Source: Craspedostauros australis (Eukaryota). Taken from it: a DNA stretch of 33,640 nucleotides. The notes beneath the pieces are model-generated. The model made no database searches, was not told the origin of the DNA, and was given only the letters and a program-made list of their open reading frames with translations. Both the position numbers and the translations under genes were made by a program. Where the stretch lies: positions 1 through 33,640 of the forward strand of contig JALAGF010000484.1 of the NCBI GenBank assembly GCA_030167865.1. The letters are read 5' to 3'. This document shows, in pieces, positions 1 through 8,000 of this stretch (position 1 is its first letter; every line of letters starts with the position of its first letter).

Positions 1-2685
1 ACGAGGATTACTAAGACGTTGGAATACCCCATGGAGGCAATCACTCTTACCCAACGGCAGTGGGACTTCATATACGCGCCGATTTGGACTAAGGCCCTTC
101 CCCGAGGGGGTGTGGCCCGGTCGTTCCCAAGAGCTGTGCTTTACGGGCCCAGGGCCCATGGGGGGATTGGGATGCGCAACCCCGCGGTTTGGCAGCTGTC
201 GGTGCAAATACAGTCGATGGCTCATGAGGTGAACACAGGCTCCATCACAGGCCGAATGATCCAGCTGTCGATCGAACAAACCAAGCTTGAGACCGCCGGA
301 GGCGGACCACTTTTCCAGCAAAGCTTTGCCGAATGCAAGGGCCACATCACGCCGACGTGGGTGACCCAAGTGTGGTCGAACGCCCAGCGCTTCGGTGTTT
401 CCATTGTGGAGACGGGGGTGTCAATCGAGAGACAACGAGTGGGAGATGTGTTCTTGCTGGACAGCTGGCGCTGTCAGGGGTATAGCTCCAAGCAGAAGGC
501 GGTGCTCAATGAATGCCGCATGCAACTGGGGGTGGTTACCCTTGCGGATATGGTGACAGCGGATGGTACCAGCATCATGCGACTGGCCTTTGACGGAGTT
601 CAGGCGGGAACCCAGGGATCCAGCGGGCGCCCTCGCGTGCCACGGAAGCTTACCCGCAAACACTGGCTGCTGTGGCAAGAGTGGATTGAAGGATTGACGG
701 AGGGCCGCCATCTGCGCTTACGACGACGAATGCAGGCGTGGCTGCGGGATGACAGGGGGTGGTTGTGGTGGCGACGGCCCAATGACGACGGTGTCGCATG
801 GCAGCGGTTGGACTCCGGCTTCCGAGTGTGGCGCAGGACGCAAGGTCGGAGGGCAAGAAGGGCGGAGTTCCAAGCCACCAACGAGGTGAGCGCACGCCTG
901 CCTACGCATGCCCGGCGCTCCTCCGTCCAGTGTGTGAACCCCCATGGGGTGGTGCTCGCAGTGGTAGAAACGCCACGAATAGGGGAGACAGTGCCAAATA
1001 CTCCGCGCGACAAGCCCGACGGTTCAAATCAAGCCTGGGAGCGGGACCAGGTGTCGGGCGATGCGTCAGACGCGGAACTGAGAGCGGCCATTCGCAGAGG
1101 GGATCTTATGGCGGTCAGTGATGGCTCGTTCAAGCGAGGATTTGGGACGTCGGCCTACGTCTTACACATCATGGACTCCGGGGTGCAGCGCACGGGGTGC
1201 AACGTAGTGCCAGGGGCAAGGGAAGTGCAGTCGGCGTACCGAAGTGAACTAGCTGGAGTGGCTGGGGTTCTGCGTGAGCTCGTGGAGCTGGAAAGGGGCG
1301 GCGACCTCGGACCAGGACCGGTAGTGATAGGGTTAGACGGGATGAAGGCGATGGAGAACAGCAGGGATGGAGTGGCACATGTGGGCAGGCCGTCGTTCGA
1401 TATGCTAGATCATATCAAGGCGCTGCGTCGGAGGTTGGCTGTGGCGGTGCGTTTCCGGTGGGTGCGAGGGCACCAGGACGACCAGTCGGAAGTGCTGGAT
1501 CAATGGGCGCTTCTCAATGTCCACTGCGATTCGGAGGCCAAAAAGTACTGGGACAAGATGCAGCACAAGACACCACCCCAGTGGCGCAGCGACGGCTCAT
1601 TTGCCTGGAAGTTGTACGTGGGAGACATGAAGTCGTCTTGGGCGGCCGCAGGCATACATGATGCAGTGGTAGGCGGGGCGGTTGAGACCTATTGGGACAA
1701 GAAAATGGGGCGAGTGCGACAGGACAGCGGCTCTATTGAGGCCCACGGGCGCCGAAGTGCATGTGCGAGAGCATCCTGGAAGCAGCGGCTGTTTGTGGCA
1801 AAGATGTCCACGGGCTTTATCGGGGTCGGCGTCAAGCTGAAGCAGTACGGCGCCGAAGAGCGGTGCCCGTGGTGTGGGCAGGCCGAGTCCGTTATGCATG
1901 TGGTCAGGTGTTCAGCTTCAGGAGGAGGCTGGGAGGAGTGCTTTCAACAGTACGTGGAGGAGTTGGAGACCATCGGTACGAGTGGTCCGCTTGTCAGCTT
2001 GGTCTACTCAAGTCTTCGGGGGTTCTGTGGCCGTGCTGTGAGGGAGGGCTTCCAGGAGGAGGTTCCTGTGCGATGGTGGCCCGTTCTCATGGGCTGGATA
2101 CCGCGAGATTGGTGTGAGCAGCAACAGAGGTGGTTCGTGGAGCACGGGTCGGGACGGCGTTTCTACACCGTGGAGTCCTGGGCCCGCGACGCGGTTCTGG
2201 CAGGTTGGCGCTTTGTGCACAGCATGTGGCGGTGTCGTAATCAGGCTAAGCAAGCGGAGGCGGCAGTCCTCGCCGCGATGAGTGCGCGACGTGAGGAGCT
2301 AGAGGAGGTCACGGAGAGACACAACGGTTTCAGTGGGTGGGAGGGGTGCGACTTGGCAGTGGCCGGGAGTGGTGCTGCACCTAGTCCGTTGGCGGGGGCT
2401 GACACGAGACGAGCATGGCTTCGGTTTGTGCGCGCAGTGCGTGCACGGGCCCCGGACAATGTCGCTGTGGAGGCGGCGGACTCCGGCGGCAGTGCGGTCG
2501 GCTCGAATCCACCAGATACGGGAGGGTCAGGCGAGTTTGCATGGTACAGCAGGGAGGACGATGGCGACTATCGGGGCATTGTGGTCGACGATACAGACGC
2601 CGAAGGCGCTCCAGCCCGAGCACAGGCCGCCTGCGGCGGCCTGTGCAGGGCAGAGCGCCTTCGGCTGGGCATGGTGGGCGATTGA
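1..2685 (+). CDS. Non-LTR retrotransposon ORF2 polyprotein, C-terminal part (RT thumb/connection, RNase H, CCHC zinc finger); 5'-partial
   Basis: Frame is open from base 1 (TRITKTLEYPM...). Motifs: FPRAVLYGP...GGIG after the RT core; RNase H VSDGSF / SAYRSELAG / GLDG / WVRGHQD...LNVHCDSEAK with the D-E-D-D acidic set; CPWCGQAESVMHVVRC finger; MWRCRN. Confidence 0.9.
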   Translation, partial: TRITKTLEYPMEAITLTQRQWDFIYAPIWTKALPRGGVARSFPRAVLYGPRAHGGIGMRNPAVWQLSVQIQSMAHEVNTGSITGRMIQLSIEQTKLETAGGGPLFQQSFAECKGHITPTWVTQVWSNAQRFGVSIVETGVSIERQRVGDVFLLDSWRCQGYSSKQKAVLNECRMQLGVVTLADMVTADGTSIMRLAFDGVQAGTQGSSGRPRVPRKLTRKHWLLWQEWIEGLTEGRHLRLRRRMQAWLRDDRGWLWWRRPNDDGVAWQRLDSGFRVWRRTQGRRARRAEFQATNEVSARLPTHARRSSVQCVNPHGVVLAVVETPRIGETVPNTPRDKPDGSNQAWERDQVSGDASDAELRAAIRRGDLMAVSDGSFKRGFGTSAYVLHIMDSGVQRTGCNVVPGAREVQSAYRSELAGVAGVLRELVELERGGDLGPGPVVIGLDGMKAMENSRDGVAHVGRPSFDMLDHIKALRRRLAVAVRFRWVRGHQDDQSEVLDQWALLNVHCDSEAKKYWDKMQHKTPPQWRSDGSFAWKLYVGDMKSSWAAAGIHDAVVGGAVETYWDKKMGRVRQDSGSIEAHGRRSACARASWKQRLFVAKMSTGFIGVGVKLKQYGAEERCPWCGQAESVMHVVRCSASGGGWEECFQQYVEELETIGTSGPLVSLVYSSLRGFCGRAVREGFQEEVPVRWWPVLMGWIPRDWCEQQQRWFVEHGSGRRFYTVESWARDAVLAGWRFVHSMWRCRNQAKQAEAAVLAAMSARREELEEVTERHNGFSGWEGCDLAVAGSGAAPSPLAGADTRRAWLRFVRAVRARAPDNVAVEAADSGGSAVGSNPPDTGGSGEFAWYSREDDGDYRGIVVDDTDAEGAPARAQAACGGLCRAERLRLGMVGD

Positions 2686-2813
2686 GGTGACGCGCTTCCC
2701 GTGTCGGCACGTGAGTGGGCCCCAGCCCCAGCCGAAGACGATCGGGCCCGAACCCGGGCCGCCTCCGGCAGCTCGGGTGCAGGCCGATCGCCTTCGGCTG
2801 GGGCCGTGGGCCC
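2599..2813 (+). other. Two tandem homologous RNA hairpins at the 3' end of the LINE
   Basis: Hairpin 1 (2599-2665): gccgaaggcgctc/gagcgccttcggc plus gcacaggccgcc-tgc-ggcggcctgtgc. Hairpin 2 (2717-2813): gccccagccgaagacgatcgg/ccgatcgccttcggctggggc plus acccgggccgcc-tcc-ggcagctcgggt. Confidence 0.75.
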
Positions 2814-3103
2814 GTAGCAAGGCGGCCGTTTGGCGGGGACGGGTCTCAGGTCCGGCGCCCTAGGCACGGTGGTCGTCTGGATTTAGTGAGTGGGCGTGGC
2901 AGGCGCTCTTGTTTGTAATGCTCGACCTGGCCGTGGCCGTGCGTCGCGGTCGGGCGAGCCTAAAGCCCTCGGGGCACCCCTTTCTTGGGTTAGTCATTGT
3001 GGTTATTATTATTATTGTTGTTCTTGCGGCTGCTGTTGTTGTTGTTGGTCTTCTTCTTCCTTCTTAGCGAAGGCTGCCTTCATCTTCGTCGCCATGGTGC
3101 GAT

Positions 3104-3127
3104 GGTGCAAGGGTGCAAGGGTGCAAG
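3104..3127. repeat. Tandem repeat (GGTGCAAG)x3
   Basis: Read directly from the sequence. Confidence 0.9.
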
Positions 3128-3550
3128 GGTGGAATGGTATTACTACTATACATACAATCGCCAAGCCTTGAGTGCTCCTACATCAATGGTGTCAATGTGG
3201 AGAGGAACGCAAGAGTCGGCGGAGTAGGTATCAATGGAGCATCTGTGGACTATTGTCATGTGCGCCACTGCGACCACCATCATCGCTGTCATCTTCGTTG
3301 CTGACAATGGAACTGTTGTGGCTGTTGTCGTTGTTGATGTTCGCGGTTGGGACCGACTGCGGGTCCCGTCACTCAAGTGGGTCCTAGGTTGTTCACTGGT
3401 GTACGACTATATACATAATTTATGTAATTTACATCAGCCCCCACAAATGATGGCGCCAGGCGACCACGCATCATTCCACTGCACTCTGCATGAGCGGCGG
3501 CACGTCGATACGAGCAGAGTGAGGTAAGCTACTCTGCTCCACTCTACTTG

Positions 3551-4408
3551 TTACTCCTCGCCGGTCCTGCCCCAGAACATCTTTCGCACTGCCTTGGAGT
3601 TGCGAAATCCCGGCTGAGACGCGAATGTGAGAACCGCCACGAGCCTGGAGCAGCTGCCTTCGATCTTCGTCACGCGATGCAAGGATCTGGATCCTGCGAA
3701 CAGGGAGAGTGTGCCGACTCGGAAGTCCAACGTGTCCAGCCTTGGGACTTCCCCGTCCTCGTCGGCGCCCTCCAGTTCGGCGAATTTGACGCCACGGGCT
3801 GTCTCCTCGTACGCTGCGATGGTTCTGGCTGTGGTGGCGTAGGCCATGTCGGTTTTGTCCTTGCGGGTCGGATTGGTGTATTGGAACAGTCCGGACCCGG
3901 GCACTTCTGATTCTCGCAGCATGAGCGTGGTTGAGAATTCGCTTTCGTCGAAATGGAAGGCGAGGCGCATTGGTGGGCGGAACGCGTTCACGGAGCAGGA
4001 ACCCACCGGATCTTCGGATGGATACAAGGTGTCCATGCCGATGATCTTTGCCACCAACTTGGCAAGGGCGGGATGGCGGTAGATCTGCTTCAAGAGGACG
4101 CCGTCTGCCGGTAGCTCGTCGGTTGCGACGGTCGCCACGTGCGTTTGCATCTCGAAGTTCTGCACGGAGTTGGCGGGCAGGTCCTTGTTGACTGGTCGGA
4201 GGTAGGGCGTGTGCATATCATCGATCGTGAAAGCATCGGCCTCCACGACTTCAATGTCCCGAACGCATTCCTTCACGGCTGCGTCGGTGATGAAGTTGGG
4301 GAAGGTTACGGCGCCGTTCTTCACGAACGACTCGCGCGCCTTGCGGATCGCCTCGATGGCCTCGTCGGATTCGAGGTCGTTGAGCCATGGGTACTTTTCG
4401 AAGTTCAT
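3551..4408 (-). CDS. 2-oxoglutarate/Fe(II)-dependent oxygenase (BesD/HalD-related hydroxylase-type)
   Basis: Intronless 285 aa ORF. HxD...H facial triad (AFHFDESEFSTTLML ... SLHRVT), 2OG-binding Arg (SRLVAVLTF) and C-terminal FWGR typical of this bacterial-type family. Confidence 0.8.
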   Translation of the reverse strand: MNFEKYPWLNDLESDEAIEAIRKARESFVKNGAVTFPNFITDAAVKECVRDIEVVEADAFTIDDMHTPYLRPVNKDLPANSVQNFEMQTHVATVATDELPADGVLLKQIYRHPALAKLVAKIIGMDTLYPSEDPVGSCSVNAFRPPMRLAFHFDESEFSTTLMLRESEVPGSGLFQYTNPTRKDKTDMAYATTARTIAAYEETARGVKFAELEGADEDGEVPRLDTLDFRVGTLSLFAGSRSLHRVTKIEGSCSRLVAVLTFASQPGFRNSKAVRKMFWGRTGEE

Positions 4409-4522
4409 CGTGACGAGTGTTGTTGTTGTTGCTTGCGTTTTGTGAGGCGTTGAAGTCGAGGAGGGTGGATCCTATTGATGGTGATGGGTTGTTGTCATTC
4501 CTTGCCAACAGAACAGACCTGC

Positions 4523-4882
4523 TATTGAAACGTAGGCGTGTGATGAGGTATGAAGTGGTTCGAATGATGGATGATGTATTGGAGCGAAGACACCACCCGA
4601 GTCCAAGTAGTCGGGAACACAGCAACAGACTGCGACAGACAGCAGAACGAAAACAAAAAGGAGCAACAAAAGCAATCGAATCAACACATCAAGCTCACAA
4701 TCCCAAATCGATAACTTAGTACACATCACTTCATACCAAAGACATCCACGCTTCAATATGATGACCGAAGTCTGTGTTTTTGTTTTGGGCGACCACCTCT
4801 GTTGTCGTGTGATCTGCTTGTCGGTATCTTGGATACGGTTTCCGACTCGTTCGACCGCACTGGTGCTGCCTTGGATCCAATA
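4523..4882 (-). repeat. 3' LTR of the copia element (about 170 bp plus a nested insertion)
   Basis: Bounded by TATTG...CAATA. Immediately preceded on the minus strand by GAAGGGGCG (4883-4891). Colinear with 6844-7034 once 4577-4763 is removed. Confidence 0.85.
4577..4758 (+). mobile_element. Solo LTR (182 bp) of a related copia family, nested in inverted orientation
   Basis: Termini TATTGGAGCG...CGCTTCAATA and a 5-bp TSD TGATG (4572-4576 and 4759-4763). Shares the start TATTGGA and CACTTCATACC with the host LTR read on the minus strand. Confidence 0.85.
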
Positions 4883-4891
4883 CGCCCCTTC
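4883..4891 (-). promoter_or_regulatory. Polypurine tract (PPT)-like sequence
   Basis: Minus-strand GAAGGGGCG abuts the first base of the 3' LTR. Confidence 0.6.
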
Positions 4892-5019
4892 AGGACATGA
4901 TGGGACGCATATTCGGAGGCGTCCTGGTCAATGTATACATATACGTATGCAATGCGTAGTTCACTGGTGCTTGCTTTTGCTTGTGGATCAGCTGGTGGCT
5001 TCATCGTGTCTTTGGTCTT

Positions 5020-6510
5020 TGCTAAGTGTTTCAGGATGTGGAAGAGTGACATGCGCCGGATGGTGTAGAATCTGTGCTTGGAAACTGGCTTTGTCAAGAT
5101 ATCTGCTTCGTTGTCTGAAGATGGGATGTGAACGAACCGTACTGCCCCTGCAGCGATGGCTTCGCGGATTCGGTGATATGCGATACCACAGTGATTCTTT
5201 TTGAGGATGCTGGACAGGATGGTAGTGTTCAGAACTACCGATTTGTTGTCACCCAACAGGAGAGCAGAACCGTCCACAGGCACACCGATCACACAAAGAG
5301 ATGTGCGTAGTTCCACGGTCATATCAATGGCAATGCGAGCAGCCACGAGTTCTGAGCCATAGGTGGATGACTCCACTGTCTTCTGGCGTTTGCTGAGCGA
5401 CCGCACAACCATTCCAGTGATCTTGGCCATGATGCCGGTGACTGACCGACGGGCTACCAAATTGTGTGCATGGTCGGCATCAACGAAGACGGTGATCTTG
5501 GCAGGCTTTCCTCGTGCTGTTGGCATGTTGTGAGGCATCTCTTCTGTGGCGTAAGGGTAATATTCCATCCATTTGTTGCTGTTGTTGCTTGGATAGGCAG
5601 AGTGGTCAGGTGGAGTAAGATCACACAAGAGCTGTCCGTTCCGATGTGTCTTGAGGTATCCGAACACATGTAGAATTGCCTCGTAGTGTCCTTTTCTAGG
5701 CGCCATTGAGAATCTGGAGAGCGCCATGGTTGCAAACTGAATATCGTATCGTCCCAAGGTGATGATCCAGTTTGCACTGCCGATGAGTGTGCGAAACTTG
5801 CTGGCCTCTGTTCGATCAAGCATGTCTGAGTCATCGGTTTCAGGATGATATGATTCTGCCATGGGAGTTGGGTAGCTTGGAAGTGATCGTTTGATCGATT
5901 CCTTGATCGTCTTGCACGCGCTGCCAATGTAGGTTCTGGCAGACAGTGCGGTTAAAATCCCTTCCTTTTGCCATGGGTCATCCAGCTGTTCGATGTTGCC
6001 ACCAAGGTAGTACATGGGTGTACCAACGCCCTTCATCACGTACTTTGCCTTGAGGACATCCATGATCTTTGTTGGGTCCTTGCTGAACACCAATACGTCA
6101 TTGACATGGGAAGAAATCATCTCGTAGTGGTCTCCTTGGGGTTGTATCCATAGGTCGGTGTCATGCTGGGTTGGTTGGAAGCCGAGGTCACAAAAAGTAT
6201 GAGCGAGATGCTCATGGAACCGAGCACTGGATGTGCGGAGTCTGTACAACCCTTTGTGGATGATCAATGGTTGTCCCTCCAGATCGTCAAACTCCAGCCC
6301 TGCGATGACATAGCAACGTTCATTGGTTGTGGCATACGGGAATGTATTGCCAACGTCGTCAGCACACACGTGGAGTCCGTTCATCGCTGCGATGACGAAT
6401 GCAATGCGCATGGTTTTGAACACCACTACTCCGGAATACACATCCTCAATGGATGGGTCGGATTTGTTCCCGTTTGCTACAAGTCTGGTTTTGTGGCACA
6501 GGTTGATGTT
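5020..6510 (-). pseudogene. Copia pol remnant: reverse transcriptase plus RNase H, catalytically dead
   Basis: In-frame HKTRLVANG (KARLVA motif, 6475-6492), DVGNTF, KGLYRL, YVDD degenerated to HVND (6097-6108), YLG; RNase H FVDADHA...RRSVTG, SSTYGSE, GDNKSV, NEADILTK. The ORF-track extension to 4753 is read-through into the LTR. Ends are approximate. Confidence 0.9.
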
Positions 6511-6843
6511 GCTCCTTGTATATCAATGATTCCATGGTGTGGCATCGCCCTTGGACTGCAGTCTCTTTGATTGTCTGATGTGTGGTGTTGTCGGTTGCTC
6601 GCTGGATGGTGCAGCAGCTGCCTTCTTTGGTGCAGGACACGCGTCAAGGATTCCCCCCCCCCCGTTCGCCGAAACCAGACGTCCCTCTGTCCCAATCGTC
6701 AAATCTCCAGTGGTCCACTCCACCCTCGCTCCCTCATGCGCTCAACAGCTATACGAGATGCAGCCATGACAGGCACAGCTGTCAGAGTGTCAGGCGCTGC
6801 AGGGACCAAAGGTCATGATGGAGCAAGCCAAAGGTCAATAAAC

Positions 6844-6990
6844 TATTGAAACATAGGCATGTAATGAGGTATGAAGCGGTTCTAATGATGGATTATGGCC
6901 AAAGTCTGTGTGTTTGTCTTGGATGACCTCCTCTTTTGTTGTTTGGTTTCTTTTCCAGTCTTTTTGATACAGTTTCCAACTCATTCAACC

Positions 6991-7022
<32 letters not shown>

Positions 7023-7034
7023 GTAGCTCCAATA
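6844..7034 (-). repeat. 5' LTR copy, diverged, with an internal (TGC)n expansion
   Basis: TATTGAAACA...GCTCCAATA, alignable to 4523-4882 along its length. A (TGC)n run at ~6992-7021 replaces ctggtgctgcc. Confidence 0.85.
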
Positions 7035-7099
7035 ACCATCACCAACTTCGCGCCCAAAATTGCAACTCCTCCATCACCCCACATCGTCTGTCATGTTCC

Positions 7100-8000
7100 T
7101 TGAAGCTTTGGATCCTCTTCCATGATGGAACACCATGTGGCATCACCATCCTTTTTCCATCAGGTTGCGTCATGATTACTTTCTGCTGTATCCAAATCAA
7201 TCCACCATGCACTATTCAAGTTGAATTGGTTCTGCACGAATCACAGCTGTCACTTTCTGGCTTGACAATTTTGGCAGAGGCATCAGTACCACGGTTGAAG
7301 AGCATCTGCGTCCAATCTCAGCCTTATGTTGCAGCGATATGTGCATCACCTATTTGTTTCAGGGAATGAGCAGATGCATCACCAGTAAAGTAATGCATTC
7401 ATGATGCAGCAGCTGTTTGATCATGGCCAATGTGGATGAGGTGTCTCCATCCCTCCATCCGTTCAGCCATTGCATCCTTCTTCATTTTGGAGGAAGGGAA
7501 GGAAAAGTTGGCCTGTGTGTGGGGGTTCATCGTGGATACATGGAGCCAACGTATTTGAAATGGTGCGATGGTGTCTATACCTTCATCAGCAAAACACGAC
7601 GATGATCAGGCGTGATCCGAAGCACACATTCGCCTGATGCGGCTTGTGATGAAAGCGCCCGACGCATCGGAGACGAGGTGGCGAGAGTCTGCAAGATTTG
7701 CATTGTTCGTCTCAGCTCTTCGACACACATTGGTGTGCAGAGGCTGACAATGGAGAATCCCCAAACTGCAAGGCATCGTGGGAGGCATTCGAAGCATCCT
7801 TTTGGATGTGATCGAAAGGTCAAAGCGAGTGGATCATTACATCTGGGATCACCATCTGGCCGAAGGGCCAGCAATGATTGGCATCGCTAACAGAGCAATC
7901 ATCATTCCGAATTGCAAAAGGGAATCTCAGATCCTGACGTCGGAACGGCTGTCCGCAGACTCGACATGGCGCATCTTGACACGTGCATTCCAACCGTCAC
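7100..8000 (+). pseudogene. Possible highly decayed DIRS/Ngaro-type retrotransposon RT remnant
   Basis: Fragments in shifting frames resemble YR-retroelement RT regions: ILFHDGTP, HDYFLLYPNQST, FWLDNFGRGI, ANVDE (YVDD-like position) and WGFIVDTWSQRI (7520-7555, LGF.IDT-like). Many stops; recognised from memory only. Confidence 0.35.

Larger units (their letters stand above)
1..3016 (+). mobile_element. Non-LTR (LINE) retrotransposon with RNase H, Ambal-like; 5' part lies outside the window
   Basis: Long ORF with post-RT thumb region, RNase H and CCHC finger, then a GC-rich structured 3' region ending in a (TTA)4 tract at 3003-3016. The 3' boundary is inferred from that tract. Confidence 0.85.
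4523..7034 (-). mobile_element. Internally deleted, degenerate Ty1/copia LTR retrotransposon (CoDi-like)
   Basis: Two homologous direct LTRs (4523-4882 and 6844-7034), a PPT-like tract next to the 3' LTR and a copia RT-RNase H remnant. No recognisable gag, protease or integrase; flanks CCTGC and ACCAT do not form a TSD. Confidence 0.85.

Noticed and set aside
2686-3000. HDV-like or hammerhead ribozyme in the LINE 3' region
   Set aside because: Could not fit the HDV nested pseudoknot or the CUGANGA/GAAA core by eye; retroelement ribozymes are usually at the 5' end.
4753-6441. 562 aa ORF as a functional pol gene
   Set aside because: RT catalytic YVDD is HVND, gag, protease and integrase are missing, and the ORF end runs through the PPT and LTR.
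6825-6843. Primer binding site next to the 5' LTR (minus strand GTTTATTGACC...)
   Set aside because: Position is right but it lacks the canonical TGG start, and I cannot match it to a specific tRNA without the genome's tRNA set.
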